From assembly GCA_964035545.1 (NCBI GenBank), contig OZ037767.1:24754628-24818627 (forward strand): a stretch of DNA of 64,000 bases. Reading direction: 5' to 3'. Made by a program: the position numbers and the translations under genes. Numbering within the stretch: the first letter of the stretch is position 1; each line of letters starts with the position of its first letter. The notes under the pieces are model-generated. The model was not told where the DNA came from, did not search any database, and saw only the letters and a program-made list of their open reading frames with translations. This DNA comes from Bugula neritina. Taxonomy: Eukaryota > Animalia > Bryozoa. Below, in pieces: positions 24,135 through 37,000 of the stretch.

Positions 24135-27100
24135 GTTGAGAAAGTTGAATATTGTAGAATAATGCATTGGAAGAAAAGTATGTTGGCAAAGGTACAAATA
24201 TTTTGAAGCTTTAAACCTTCTTATATAAATAATAAACCAAACATTGCTGAATGGCATATTTTACTGAAAGCTATTTTAATTTTTTTTCAGTCCACTGCCA
24301 TTAACAATAGTTTTTAATAAATACTATAATTACCAATAGCTATAATTACTAGGCTTATACTAAATTGGTTAAAAAGTGATCAACAGCATGTAATTGGAGC
24401 ACACTTTTCTAAAAGCATATAATACAGCGAAGCATATGTCAAACTTTACCTAAACAGATATGATTTTGCTAGATACATGAAATTTAAGATTGCAACTTAC
24501 ATATTGCATGGTATATATATTATTTTGTTTTGTAGGAATGTTCTGTGAAAAAAGACGAGAATCCAAGTTCAATTATAAGGTATGTGTGTGTTGCAAACAT
24601 CTGTGAAAGAGGTTGATTGCAATCCCTGTTATATTTTTATCATGCAGAAGTGTATTTGAATATATGACTTTTGCAGTCCAATGTTACGGTTACCACCCGC
24701 CAAACATCAGCCACAGGCGCAGAATGTAAGTGACACAGACCAACCTCTTGCCTGGAATCAACTATGTTGCCAGGTATAGCTGTTAACTAACTCATTACAA
24801 TATCCTTATATGCTAACCTACGTAACAGGGTCTTTTTGCAGTATAAGCCTATATTGAAAATAGTATATACAAAGCATTTTATACCATGCCTGTTATAGTA
24901 TTCAATGTTATTCTCTGCCAGCTCGTAGTTATACGCCCCAATTGGCATAGCTGTTATCAATAATAACATTGGTATACCTAGTATGACAGAATAATAATTA
25001 TATTTCATAACTTCGAATTAAATATTTAGGAGAAACTGGTTGCTTAGACATTCAAGTGATAATTACAATTCTTATATCTATCAGTATAGTGTGTTGGCTG
25101 TAATTTGTTTCAACATTTTGATTGGTGCCTTTATAAGAACATTCCGTGACCAAAGCTATAATATATAATAATGTAATATAATAATAAAGTTCTGTTTTTT
25201 TGACGCAAGCTATTGTAAGCCCAGCTTGAATAGTTAGTAATTTAATATCGGTTGCAACATACTAATTAAAATTATTTGCGATTTACCAATGTTATCTAAT
25301 CTATGTGATTTTATTTAAAAGCTGCACTTTCAAAGATTAACGTATGTATTAATGCTGTTGAAAAGTTTAATGTTCTATTTGGTGTTAACAACTGCTGACA
25401 TATTATTAGGGTGCACTATTACATTTCTATTACTGCAGGACAGATCATGCATGTCATGTATGGGTCTGAACCACCCTAATCAACCAGCGAGTGAGAATAT
25501 TATTTATGCCAACAATCCCATGTCTCCAAATGTACAAGATCACAATCTGCCTTTGCCTAACTGCGCTGTAAGTAAACGGAACTGAACAATAATTTTGTTT
25601 GGATAAATTTTGAAGAGAGCAGTTCAGAATATTAAATGTGTTAAATTTGTTCATGAATATATTATTTCAATAATATTTTCTAGTAAAAGGCAATTTTATT
25701 ACTTTTGATAGGGGAGGTATTTATTTAATCCTTATTTTATTTAATTAAATTGCTTGTAGCCTACTGGATGGAAATCTACAACTAACTGTAGCTGCAACTT
25801 TCCCCATTTTACCATCAAGTTGACAGGGCAAAAAAATTATTATAACGGACGAAACTTGATTGAGCATGCCACAACTGAATCTTTGGGAAACAGATATTTT
25901 GAACATCAACACTCAACTACCAATCAAGTGCCAGATTCAAATGTTTTTCACCGTGGTACTACTGATGAAAGAAACAATTTGGAAAAAGTGACGACACCCA
26001 ACCAAATTAGAAATGATGTGCCCCAGGTAAAACTCTATTACAAAAAAGAAACAAGTTGTTTGAAGTGAACATTATTTATTTTGAATATAGGATTTTTAAA
26101 CATAAAATGCGTAAAACTTGTGCTTATATCTAAGTAGACCATTAAAGGCAACTGGAAACACAGTGGGTGTAAATATAAAATTATTTATTAAACTATATAA
26201 TACATAATATACCTTAATTTTCACGTGATCATTAACCTGCATAGAATTGGTGCCATAAAGTGAAACATAATATACATATAACATGTTAGAAATAGACTAA
26301 TTTTTTATATAAAAACAAAATAGTTTACTTGGCTTTTATGCAAATAAAGTAAAAACACAATGTTTCTCATTTATTTTTTTGTAATAAAATTCTAGTTTAT
26401 ATGGATATATTTCAACTAAATATATTAATTTGAACATGAACCTGATCATTTTTTATAGATGCGAGAAGAAGAACAACAAAGCCATAACATTGACGAAAAT
26501 CCTGTAGCTTCTAGAGAAATTGAAGAAGTTTCTGTTGTTCAGAAGGTAACCAAAAGCCTTAGTACTATATAAATTAATTTAGTACCATTTTTGTACAAAA
26601 TAAGCCTTCCCATAAAAACAACTTGGACAAGCTAAAAATATAATGTTCCTCAATATAATATAATTTACTTGAACTCACCCAAAATAAAGCAGCTAAAGCT
26701 ATGTAGGCTACATTATATGACCTTTTTGAAAAACAATCATCATGTGCGCTTGTTATTTTCTAAAGACACAAGATGACCAACCATCTACACACATTAGAGA
26801 AAAGCAATTTCAAGAAATTCAGACCCAGCTAGTAGCTTTGAGTGAGCCTGGCAGAGCCCTTGATCCCAAGATAGTCCAAAAGGTAAACGTCAACCTGCAG
26901 TGAAAAACAATTCTCAAACTGACAATAATTATAATTAAAAGAATTTGCAGTAATTTCACAAATATTTTCAATTTAAATAAATTCAATTATTTTAAAATAA
27001 AACATTGTCTGGAATAATCGAATGCCTTAGATCCAACTTTTGGTAGCAATTAATTTTTAAATTTATAATTCTTTCTTTGCTGCTAACAAAATCCAAAGAA

Positions 27101-30100
27101 TTTTTGTCTGAATAGAGAATTTCCAACCAAGTGTATTTCAATGATTTTATTGGTGATTTTCTACAGATAAACACTATTCAGAAGAGAAAAGAAAACCGTT
27201 TACAAAGTGAGACGGGAAATACATGTGATGACGAGATTACCAACAAATATTTGAGGTAAATCGACAAAAAATGAATCGATTAAAATAACTATTATTAAAT
27301 AATTCCATGCAAGAGAAAAGGGTATAATAATCTAAATTATAATACCTAATGATAATTTTATTTTTAAAAATGAGATGTGTCATGTATGTATGCATGTATG
27401 TATGTATGTATGTATGTATGCATGCATGTATGTATGTATATGTAAAACTATATTTTTCAGGAAAATAGGAATAGATGATATTAGAGCCATTAAAACTAAC
27501 GGTGATGGGAATTGCTTGTTCAGAGCGCTGAGTTGTGCTCTTTACTCAGATGAAAAGAGCCATGTAGAACTTCGTATTCGGGCATGTGTACACTTATATA
27601 ACAGCATGGACACTATAATGAATCGAAATAACCTGAGTAAATGGTTTGGCTTTGAGCTTGATGATGATGAATATTGTGCTCTACTTGCTAGTGCCATGAC
27701 ACAAGGTAATTTGGATTTCGGTGCAGAAAATTTGTCTAAATTGCTGATGCAAGATCACGCTATCGAAATTATGAGAAATGGGGAATATGGCAGTCAATGG
27801 TTAATAATTGCAATAGCTCATCTTTTAGGAATAAATGTACAAATTATATACCCTGTTCAAACACCACCACGATATATGAACTGTCTTCTAAGGCTCAATG
27901 AAAATAGTGATGACAAAATCATTCTCAGTTGGACTACTGCTGGTAGATATGTTGAAGACGAGAATAGTTTAGTTCCAGACCATTTTGTTGTGTGCACAGC
28001 AATGACCAGATCTCCGCAACATCATATGCCTATCAACATACAAGAAAAAGCAGATGCTGAAGTAAAGTTCAAAACTTATGGCCAATTCACTAGAATGTAA
28101 GTTTTGGAAAAGAAATAATTTCTGTAATTTTAGATTGTAACTGTTACTCTTTGTAAGATTGATTGGTTTATCATGCATGCTACTGAAAGGCCATATTGTA
28201 ACATGCAATGGCAACATATGACACAATTGTAATAATAACATACCTAAAATTCATATGATTTCTAGGCATACAACATAACTTTATTTATATAATCAATGTT
28301 GCCTGTGGTCAAAATAGTTAAGAATTATCTGACAGTTAAAATAAAAATAAATATATTTTTATTATTTTCAGGTCATGTCATCAAAATGTGCCAGCACTGC
28401 ACACTGACACACTGATAACCACTGAACATGCCATAGAGCTAACCAACAAACTAATAGAAGACACTATCACTTACGAGCAAGTAGTGACCCATAAACGATT
28501 AAATGGCATTATTTGTAGCGCTATATATGTAGTAAATGCTGATATTTACGAAATGAGAAGAGATGGCTGTGGGGTCTGGATAAAAACAAATTCCAGAGCC
28601 ACTCAAGTAAATGGAAAACACTTCATGTCAAGCAGAAGAAACAGCTTTGTTTGCAAAGGCAATAAGGGGTTGAAGAAAACGGAAATAACTTTTAAGAAAA
28701 GAGATGGAAGCTTTTTAGATTTATTAATTATTCAATATAGGTTTGACAATGCATCTGAAAGTAAAGTTATTGTCAAACCCCATGGAAACTCTAAAAGACC
28801 AGTTCCTTTCTTTCCGAGTGACAAAGCATTGCTGCAAGAGCTAAAGGACAAATCAACAGGCCTACATAGCAACGAAAACCCAGTGACAATATACAACAAA
28901 TCTGCCATAACTAAAAAACTGCATACAGTAAGAACAATAGGGGCAGTGCCAAGAGATGTAAAACAAATAAGAAATTTTAGGAACAAAAAACAAGCAGATC
29001 CAGTGGAGTCACTTTACGCATTGTATTTTGCGCAAAAGTCACATGATCAGTTTATCCAACAAATTAGTTTTGATGATGGAAATTTAACAGTCATCCTATA
29101 TACAAAGGAACAATTGAAAATATTTGAAGAATGTGCCATAAACTTAAGGAGGCCACTATACCTGGACACTACATTTAATCTAACGAACATGTACACAGTG
29201 ATATTTACATTGAGAGATGAGCGATTTGCTGGATCCCCAATAACAATTGGACCAATGATGCTGACTCAGAAAATGGATAGTGGTAGCTACACTGTGTTCT
29301 TCCAACATCTCATCAGAAAGTTGCCAAAGCTACAACATAGACAATTAGTATTTGTAACTGATGGTGAAAAAGCAATACTAAAGGCTCTTCAAATATTTCC
29401 TAAAAGACATGCATTTCGGTGTTTTTCACATGTGTACGATAACATCCAACGAAAGCTAACTCAATTATGCATACCAGCTAGCATAAAAAAGGTTATTTTA
29501 TATGACATTAGTCAAAAATTGAGTGGAGAGACAGAGAGTAAAATGAAAGAAGAGAGAAAAAACACCACTGAAAACTGGCAGAATATTAGTCGAAACAACT
29601 GCTACCAAAGTGTTTGCAAATTTATACACTATTTCAACGAACAAATCTGGGATTCTCTTATCGTAAATTCTAATGAAAAGATCCAAGAATACAATTTCGC
29701 GCAATCAACTTTTGTTACAACAAATGCCTCTGAGTCATGTAATGCAATGATCAAAAGATACATTCAAGGAAAAAAATTAACAGTGTCCAACCTTTGCATC
29801 TGCCTAAAAGAAATGGTTGATGGAATGTTAGAGGAAATGAAAAAAGGAATATCTGGAATATCGAAAAAATTTATCTTATTAGATACTTGGAAAGGCATAA
29901 AATTAGATCCAATTAGAACAATTAATAATCAAAAGAATATAGAAATTTCGCACGAAAATGAAGTGATGAATTTGCTAATGAGTAAAGCTAGTAATGCAGA
30001 AGTTGTACAAGTTAGGAACAGTGAAGATCATGTTTCAAAACTTGACAATTCACCACAATATGAAACTATAAAATCAAGGCACAACTCTCAACGATGCTGC

Positions 30101-30679
30101 AGCTGTGAAACCTACAAAAATTTGATGACCTGTGCACATATAGTGGCTGTTGCACAGCATGCTGGAGATAGCAGTTATTCCTCTATTAACTTGACACCAA
30201 AACCAAAGCTAAAAAACATTCTCGACAAATATGGAGGAAGAAAAAGAAATGAAAAGCCAAGGAAGAGGCGTGGAGCACAGAAAGATAGCAATCAGTCCAA
30301 AAAGAGTATTTTCCGAAACAAATCTGAAAATGGATATAGTAGTGTAACCGTAAAAAATATTAACAAAATGCAAGGATCTAGTGAAAATTCAGCTCTCACA
30401 ACTGCGAACAAATTAAACTCTACTAATCTAGAATTCATAGTTATTAGAAGAAGTAGGCGCATAACAAACTGCTTTGGATGTAAACAAGATTTTAATTTAT
30501 TTGACAGTTTTGTTATTAAACACCAACACAACTTTTTTCATATTGACAAAATGTGCATTAGGAAATCAAAAATCTATAGATGTATTTTTTCTAATACAGT
30601 GGTAGCAGATGGATCGATAGATTTCAAAAAAGTTCATCAGTTATGCTACCAAAAAGGTATTACAGTAATTCCAAGGTAG
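24135..30679 (+). CDS. Spliced OTU-protease / MULE transposase fusion protein (~1270 aa)
   Basis: Ten phase-consistent, stop-free GT-AG exons: 24135-24191, 24536-24579, 24677-24773, 25439-25567, 25760-26026, 26459-26545, 26766-26882, 27167-27255, 27461-28096, 28372-30679 (3831 nt). The first in-frame ATG is at 24162, but further upstream exons are possible. The small 5' exons are predictions without homology support. Confidence 0.8.
27376..27443. repeat. (TATG)n microsatellite in a transposase-gene intron
   Basis: Directly visible imperfect TATG/CATG run. Confidence 0.9.
27461..28096 (+). CDS. Exon encoding a vertnin-like OTU cysteine protease domain
   Basis: KTNGDGNCLFRALS..L..DE..H.ELR.R (Cys box with catalytic D and C), GEYGSQW..IAIAHLLGINVQIIYP, and IILSW...PDHFV (His box). 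The YP / W / xHFV pattern is that of the VRTN-like OTU group. Confidence 0.88.
28372..30679 (+). CDS. Exon encoding the MULE DDE transposase core with SWIM zinc finger
   Basis: LYLDTTFNL (D1), FVTDGEKA (D2), FRCFSHV (CxxH), TTNASESCN (E), CSCETYKNLMTCAH (SWIM CxC...CxH), basic NLS-like GGRKRNEKPRKRR and a C-terminal CxxC. The frame is uninterrupted. Confidence 0.93.
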
Positions 30680-31559
30680 TATATTTTAAAAATCATTTAA
30701 CTATAACTAAAAACATTGTTCAACAAGACCATTAAATCAACAAATGTCATTTACTAATATTTGCCTATACAAATGTTACTGTAGTTTTGTAATGCCCTGT
30801 TTAGCATTTTTTCCAATAGTATTGTCATAAGACCTTTGAGAAAAGTCTTTTTAAACAATTATATTACATTCATATTATATAGGTTTTGGTTGTAAATAAA
30901 TTATAATTGTAATCGAATAAACTATTTAAATGCCACATTCAAAAATTGTTGTCCAAAGTCTTGCAACAGGTAATACTACTAAATTCATAATCATTGGTGT
31001 TTAATGTTGATTATTCAATATAATTTAGTCATTAACAATCATTCAAATTATCAAATTTCGCCTTAATTCCATGAAATAAAGATTATTGAAATTAGGTCTC
31101 AGTCATGCTTATTCTAGACTTTGTGCACTTTATTATCTAGAATTTAGATCAAGGATATTTGGCTTGCAAATTGAGTTTGTTTGACGTGAAACTACGATGA
31201 CTCATTTAGGAATTACAGTAGCCTAGTGGTTTGCTGAACGTAAATCAAGCTGAAGTCTAAATAAACTAAAATTTAATAAAATAAATTAGTTGAGTAAAAG
31301 CATTGCAGAAAAATTAAACAGTGCTTTTGAATATAATACATTTCACAACCATTGTAATAATCATATACCCCATGTGATATTACAATACTAGTTGGTAATC
31401 ACATTAATATATATTAGCAAAAACTAAATTATAGTAAAAGAAGTTCTTTAAAATACACCTTAATTTTCTTCAATGGAGTTACTAAATTTGTGTAACTATA
31501 ATTGTTTACCAGACATGTCTGCAATTACATTAAACATATAAAAACTGATTTTAAAAGAG

Positions 31560-31612
31560 CCTACATACCTTACCTACCTACCTACTCACCCACCCACCAA
31601 CCTACCTACCTA
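31560..31612. repeat. Imperfect (CCTA/CCCA)n microsatellite
   Basis: Directly visible. Confidence 0.75.
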
Positions 31613-31751
31613 TTGGGTCAGCAAAAAACCCAAGCCATCGAAGATTGCTTGGCATATCATACACTACAGTTAACCATCATTATCATAATCATCATTGTAA
31701 TTATGAGTTGTTCTGATAAACTAAATTTAATGGTGTTAAAGTGACAGTTAA

Positions 31752-31955
31752 AACAGCAGCTGTGATCTAGATCTTGCTTAGTGAACACGAAGTCAAGGGT
31801 TGGAACCCCAACAAAGGCCATTGGTGATGTTAGGAAGAGCATACAGTCATAATTTCTCCAGTGCCTCATCTAAACATGCTCTTATCTTGATCTAACAAAA
31901 ACCCTTTTTATCAGGGGTTTCTCACTGTGATAGTGACTATAAACTTGCGTGAGTT

Positions 31956-31956
<1 letters not shown>
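31752..31956 (+). mobile_element. tRNA-derived SINE, copy 2 (nested inside the MULE)
   Basis: B-box-like GGGTTGGAACCCC. The body GATGTTAGGAAGAGCATACAGTCATAAT...ACCCTTTTTATCAGGGGTTT...GATAGTGACTATAAAC matches copy 1. Confidence 0.75.
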
Positions 31957-32132
<176 letters not shown>

Positions 32133-33017
32133 TTCAGCAAAATAGTTTTTTAAACCACATTGAATATGAAAATAAATATAATTTTGTTCATTTCATGTTG
32201 CAACATATATTTGAAGAAGTATAAAATAGTAGGTAAAACAAAACAATCATGTTCATTTTAATATTCAATAAATTTAAAAAACTTGACAAAATTAAAAATA
32301 AATATTAGTTTACTGGTCAGTTATCTAATTTTATATTTATTAAATCATTAATATATTAGTATTATTTTTGATAATAGTACTAATACAAAATCTTAAAGGA
32401 TATAATGATATAGTTGAATATGCTACAATAATAAAACAATAAGTCTAATGCTAATAGTAATACTAATAGTAAGTGTAATACTAATAGTAAAACTCTAGAA
32501 TACTAATACTAATAGTAAAAACCACTATGATTATAATATTAATTTAAATCCTATACTAGGTCTTATAGTTAAAGTTATAATTATGAAATTAAAAGTACAA
32601 CAATTAGATTTAGTATGACTAGTACTAGTACTATAGTAGTTTTACTCTACTTTTTAGCATTACTCGTATAATATTGCTTATTCGTTGTATACCCATACTG
32701 ACTGTATAGGTAGAATTAATCCTAGTATAAATAGGTACTACAATTGACTGTTGACATAACAAATTGAGATAGCTGTTAGCAGACTTGAAGTTACACTTAG
32801 ACTGAGCAAGACATACTCCTAGTCCTACTCACTGTAGCCTACTGTCACATTCACCATTGAGTTAATTTTATAATTCCAACTGTGAATTGAAATGAAAATT
32901 TAAATTCATTTTGCAACTAGTAGCAATTAGTTATACTTATAGTAATACTTATAACTTATACTTATAGTACTACCACCACCACCGCCACTACGACCTAGTA
33001 CTAGTTCTATTGATTGC

Positions 33018-33289
33018 GAAGGAAAGATAACTCTTGGTAGACTTTAGTTTTTCTAACTTTTTAAATTTTATTATGATAAGTTGGCGATTTTTGGTTTTAA
33101 ATTATTGTGAAATATTCAATATTTACTGAAGAATAATTTAACAATGATTTCAATGGTCACAATTGTCTAAAAATGTAAAAATAAAACGAAAATTTTTCGC
33201 GACACCCATTTTAGTCAAAACCCCCCCTTATGACTAAAATGGGTGTCACGGACCGCGACACCGGGTGGCCACCCATTTTAGTCACACCC
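33018..33289 (-). repeat. Right terminal inverted repeat of the MULE
   Basis: Reverse complement of 16060-16332; ends ...CACCCATTTTAGTCACACCC followed by the TSD. Confidence 0.95.
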
Positions 33290-34009
33290 GTATGAGTATG
33301 AGCATTGAGTAGGATTATGAATAGACACTAACTCTAAGTGACTAACTCCTATGTTGATAACAATTGAATTAGAATGACTTTAATCATAATGATCATGGTG
33401 ATAATGGTAGCTATAAATATGTATAAAAGATCAAAAAGGTAAATGAAGTCAATTTAAATTAAGTTTAAGCAGCTTATTTTAAATTTCAATTTAATTTGAA
33501 TTTCTAAACATTCTCAATTTAAATTTGTGAAATTTATCTTAATCAAATTTAATCAAAGTGCTAAATCTAAAATTTAAATTTGCGCACATTTTAGTTTTGT
33601 AACACACTTGAAATGCAACTTAATTTTATTCAAATTACTACTGGTATGTTTAAAGTTGAATTATAAGCATTAGGATTGCATTTTGATTTATACTTATGTC
33701 ATCTTATTAATATTTTCATAAGCTATTGTTTGTAAATTATAGTAGTATCAAAATACATTTTTCAAGCATTATTTTAAAACCATACAATCTGTGATCATTT
33801 TATATTACAGTTTGACTTATTTTTAGTGCATAAAGTTAAGAGATTTTATTATTCAAGCAATAGTTTTTGCTAAAATTCAAATTGAAGCTTATGGTAGTAA
33901 GATATTTTAGTTTTATAACTAAGCACCATTTAAATACTCAACTTATTACTAGTAAAAACTTCACAAATATAATTTTTACATATACTTTCAGATATACATT
34001 CAGTTAAAC

Positions 34010-37000
34010 ATGGAAAGACATGTTCCTATTCATCCCTTGCCAGAAGAAATTCAGTCCATGCCTCGTGATGATACAGTCTGTCAGTTCTGTGGAGTTAGTT
34101 ATCTCATACACAGAGAAATAAAAGTTTTAGAAGATAAGTTGGCACAAGCAGAACAGGAGCTTACAAAACTCAGAGGTCACTTAAATGAAGTCATGTCATG
34201 TGTTATTGGGTAGTCGAGTCCTTTAGCTTCCATATACAGGTTTAGGAAGTTGTAAACTTTAAATTACAGTCTAGAGTATTTGCATTTTATATTTCTATAA
34301 TTTCATTTCTATTTCTCTGCTAAGTAGTAATATTACTTGCATGTTTTACAGCTGATATAAAACCTAGAAATGTATTTCCTTGTATACAATAACCTGTTTG
34401 TACACTGTGCATACACAGTGAAAAGTTCCGATCACTGCTGTAGTATTTTGAATAAAGAAATAAACTTTTGCTATGACTCATTTAGCAGCAGTTGTCTGCT
34501 CCACAATGACCTGTGCTTTTGTTGGCGATTTTGTATCTACTCTCTCTATCTGCTTCAAATTTTATTATAGGCTCTGAAGAAAGAGAACAAAAGTTGCAGT
34601 CTAGCCTAAAATTGTCGGAAGATGAAAATGCGTTAATACGGGGGCAATTAAAAGACCGTGAGTCATTGTGAGTATGAGTTCTTTGTCTAATATTTGCAAT
34701 GTAGACGTCTGTACAGCATATATTTTGTTAGAGTAGAAAGTGCATTGTTTTACTAACTATATATATGTGATACTGGGCAGTGACTCGCTGTGCAGTCATA
34801 CATGTTCCTATTATCACATTCTGTGATTGTATAGAATCTCGATGCTGCAAAGTGAACATGATATCAAAGCAACAGAAATTCAAAAGCTTACCAACTCACT
34901 CAGGGTTAACGAAGAAAGATCTGCGGCTTTATTGTATGTATCAATACCTGTATTTGTTACATTAGTCAACATTATCATGTATATAAATATGTTCTAGTAA
35001 CAAACTAATAACTAAAATGTTAATCGTATGTATCAGTTTTTACAGTATTACATGTGTGATATAATTTTTAAGAAAGTAGTTGGTTGTTATGGATTTTAGA
35101 TGACAAAAATTTATAACCTTTGAATGTGTTTAATTTGTACTTTAAAATGTTTGTACAATGTTTGAAAAAGCATTTGCATTTACAGTTCAATGTAAATAAA
35201 TGTTATAACATTATTTATATAGTGTTGCTTCTGTAATATGTGGAGTTTATTGCAATTACGTAGAAATTAATCTTTCTGATTTCTAGATATAACAACAGTC
35301 AGTTGAAGGAAATGATATCTGAATTGGTACGAGTTCTGAAAGAGCAGAAGCAAGAGATTGTTACTATAAAGTCACACTTGACCACCTATCAGCAAGAGTA
35401 CCAGGATTTGTCTGCAAGTTTGAGTAGAACTGTGAGCCAGGTTTGCGGTAAACACTTACAGAGTAAGTCAAATTCTTACACTGATTACTAAGTATACTGA
35501 TCATATAATGTAACCTGTAGTTATCAGAAAATTAAAATTTAATAATTTAAAAAATGTACACTATGCATGACTGCATTTGTAGTTTGATTTTCAAAATGTG
35601 GAAAATTTGGCAGGCATTGATAATTTAATAAGTAGTGAACACGTGTTAAATCTTTTTCTATTTCTTAAATTAATATTTCATTATAACTTATTTTATAATG
35701 GTTATTCTCATTCTGTACAATTATAATATTCTAATGGTATCTTAGTACTAATAGGTGTAAAAGTAATATATATTCTAATTACATTCTTGAGATGATTTCT
35801 GACTGTAATTAAATTGCTATCATATGTAATGTTCATTTTACTTTGTATGTTTTCTTTTGCATAAACAAGAATTTTAACAACTTGTAGATGAAACAGAAAA
35901 GGAAGTAAAACTTGCCGAACTAACTTCACAGCTGGACACTCATAAGTCTACTATTCAGGAGTTATCTCACCAGTTGAAACAAGCAACTATAGACCAATCA
36001 GATTACAATAATGTGGCTAGTCAACTTAGCCAAGCTTCCCTAGCTAAAGACATGTTTGAAAATCAACTTAAAGGTATTACATTATTTTCATACACCATTT
36101 TATAAACATATAATAAACATTAGTTGCAATATATATTTTTAAGTTGTTTCTATTCCACATCTTTTTTTATTATGTAACAATTTTACTGATATTGTCTAGA
36201 TAATATTATAGGCTATTGAACATCTTACAACGTTTGCCAACTCTGTTTTTAATAATTATTTATCTTTATTTATTAATTCATCTTTCCCCTTGTAGTCTTA
36301 TCATATTTAGTTTCACTAATGTTTTGACTACCACTGTCTTATTATTTTATACCAAAAAAATAGTGTAACAATTAAGCACATATAGTTAGCACTGCCTTCA
36401 CTGGGTGGAAAGCTTCTTTTTATATTCATATATAGTCACTTAATATTCGTATAGTCACGTCTTTCTCCTAGGTGCCAATAATGAAATAGCAGTACTCACA
36501 TCAGAAGCTGAAAAACTTAAACAACAATTAGAAAACTGCCGTAGTGACTTGCAGTAAGTGCTGTTTTAAATTGTTGAATAACTAATATTAATTTTAGATG
36601 GTTTAAAGTTGTTTTCTCCCTTACATGCACAGCCATTTTTGTCATGTTACTAAAAAAAATGATATGCACTGGGTTGTTTTTTTTAATATTTTTTTGAAAT
36701 AACACTTGTGTCTTTCAAACATTTCCAGTGTATACTAATTGTGTACAGAGATGAAAAAAGTGAAGTTTGAAAGTTTAAAAAAAGTTTAGTAATGTCGTCC
36801 TTTTTTAACGAGTTTGAGTTATGAAAAAAATTACGAATTGCTTGTGTTGCTATTATAATGGCATTGTTTGTAGGAAAAAAGTTGTAGAGTTTGAATCAGT
36901 CACTCAGCAGCATAGCCTTAGTGCCAAGACGTACGAGAGTAGAATAGAGGGCTTGAACAGAGAGTTGAGTTACTATCAGAATGAAGCTAAAAAGATTAAA

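Noticed and set aside
27375-27460. N-terminus MCHVCMHVCMY.. of the listed 241-aa ORF
   Set aside because: It is the intronic (TATG)n repeat; the real exon starts after TTTTTCAG at 27461.
28732-30531. Minus-strand ORFs 28732-28986, 29498-29704 and 30292-30531 as an antisense accessory gene (mudrB-like)
   Set aside because: They are short shadows of the transposase frame with no recognisable motifs or linking splice pattern.
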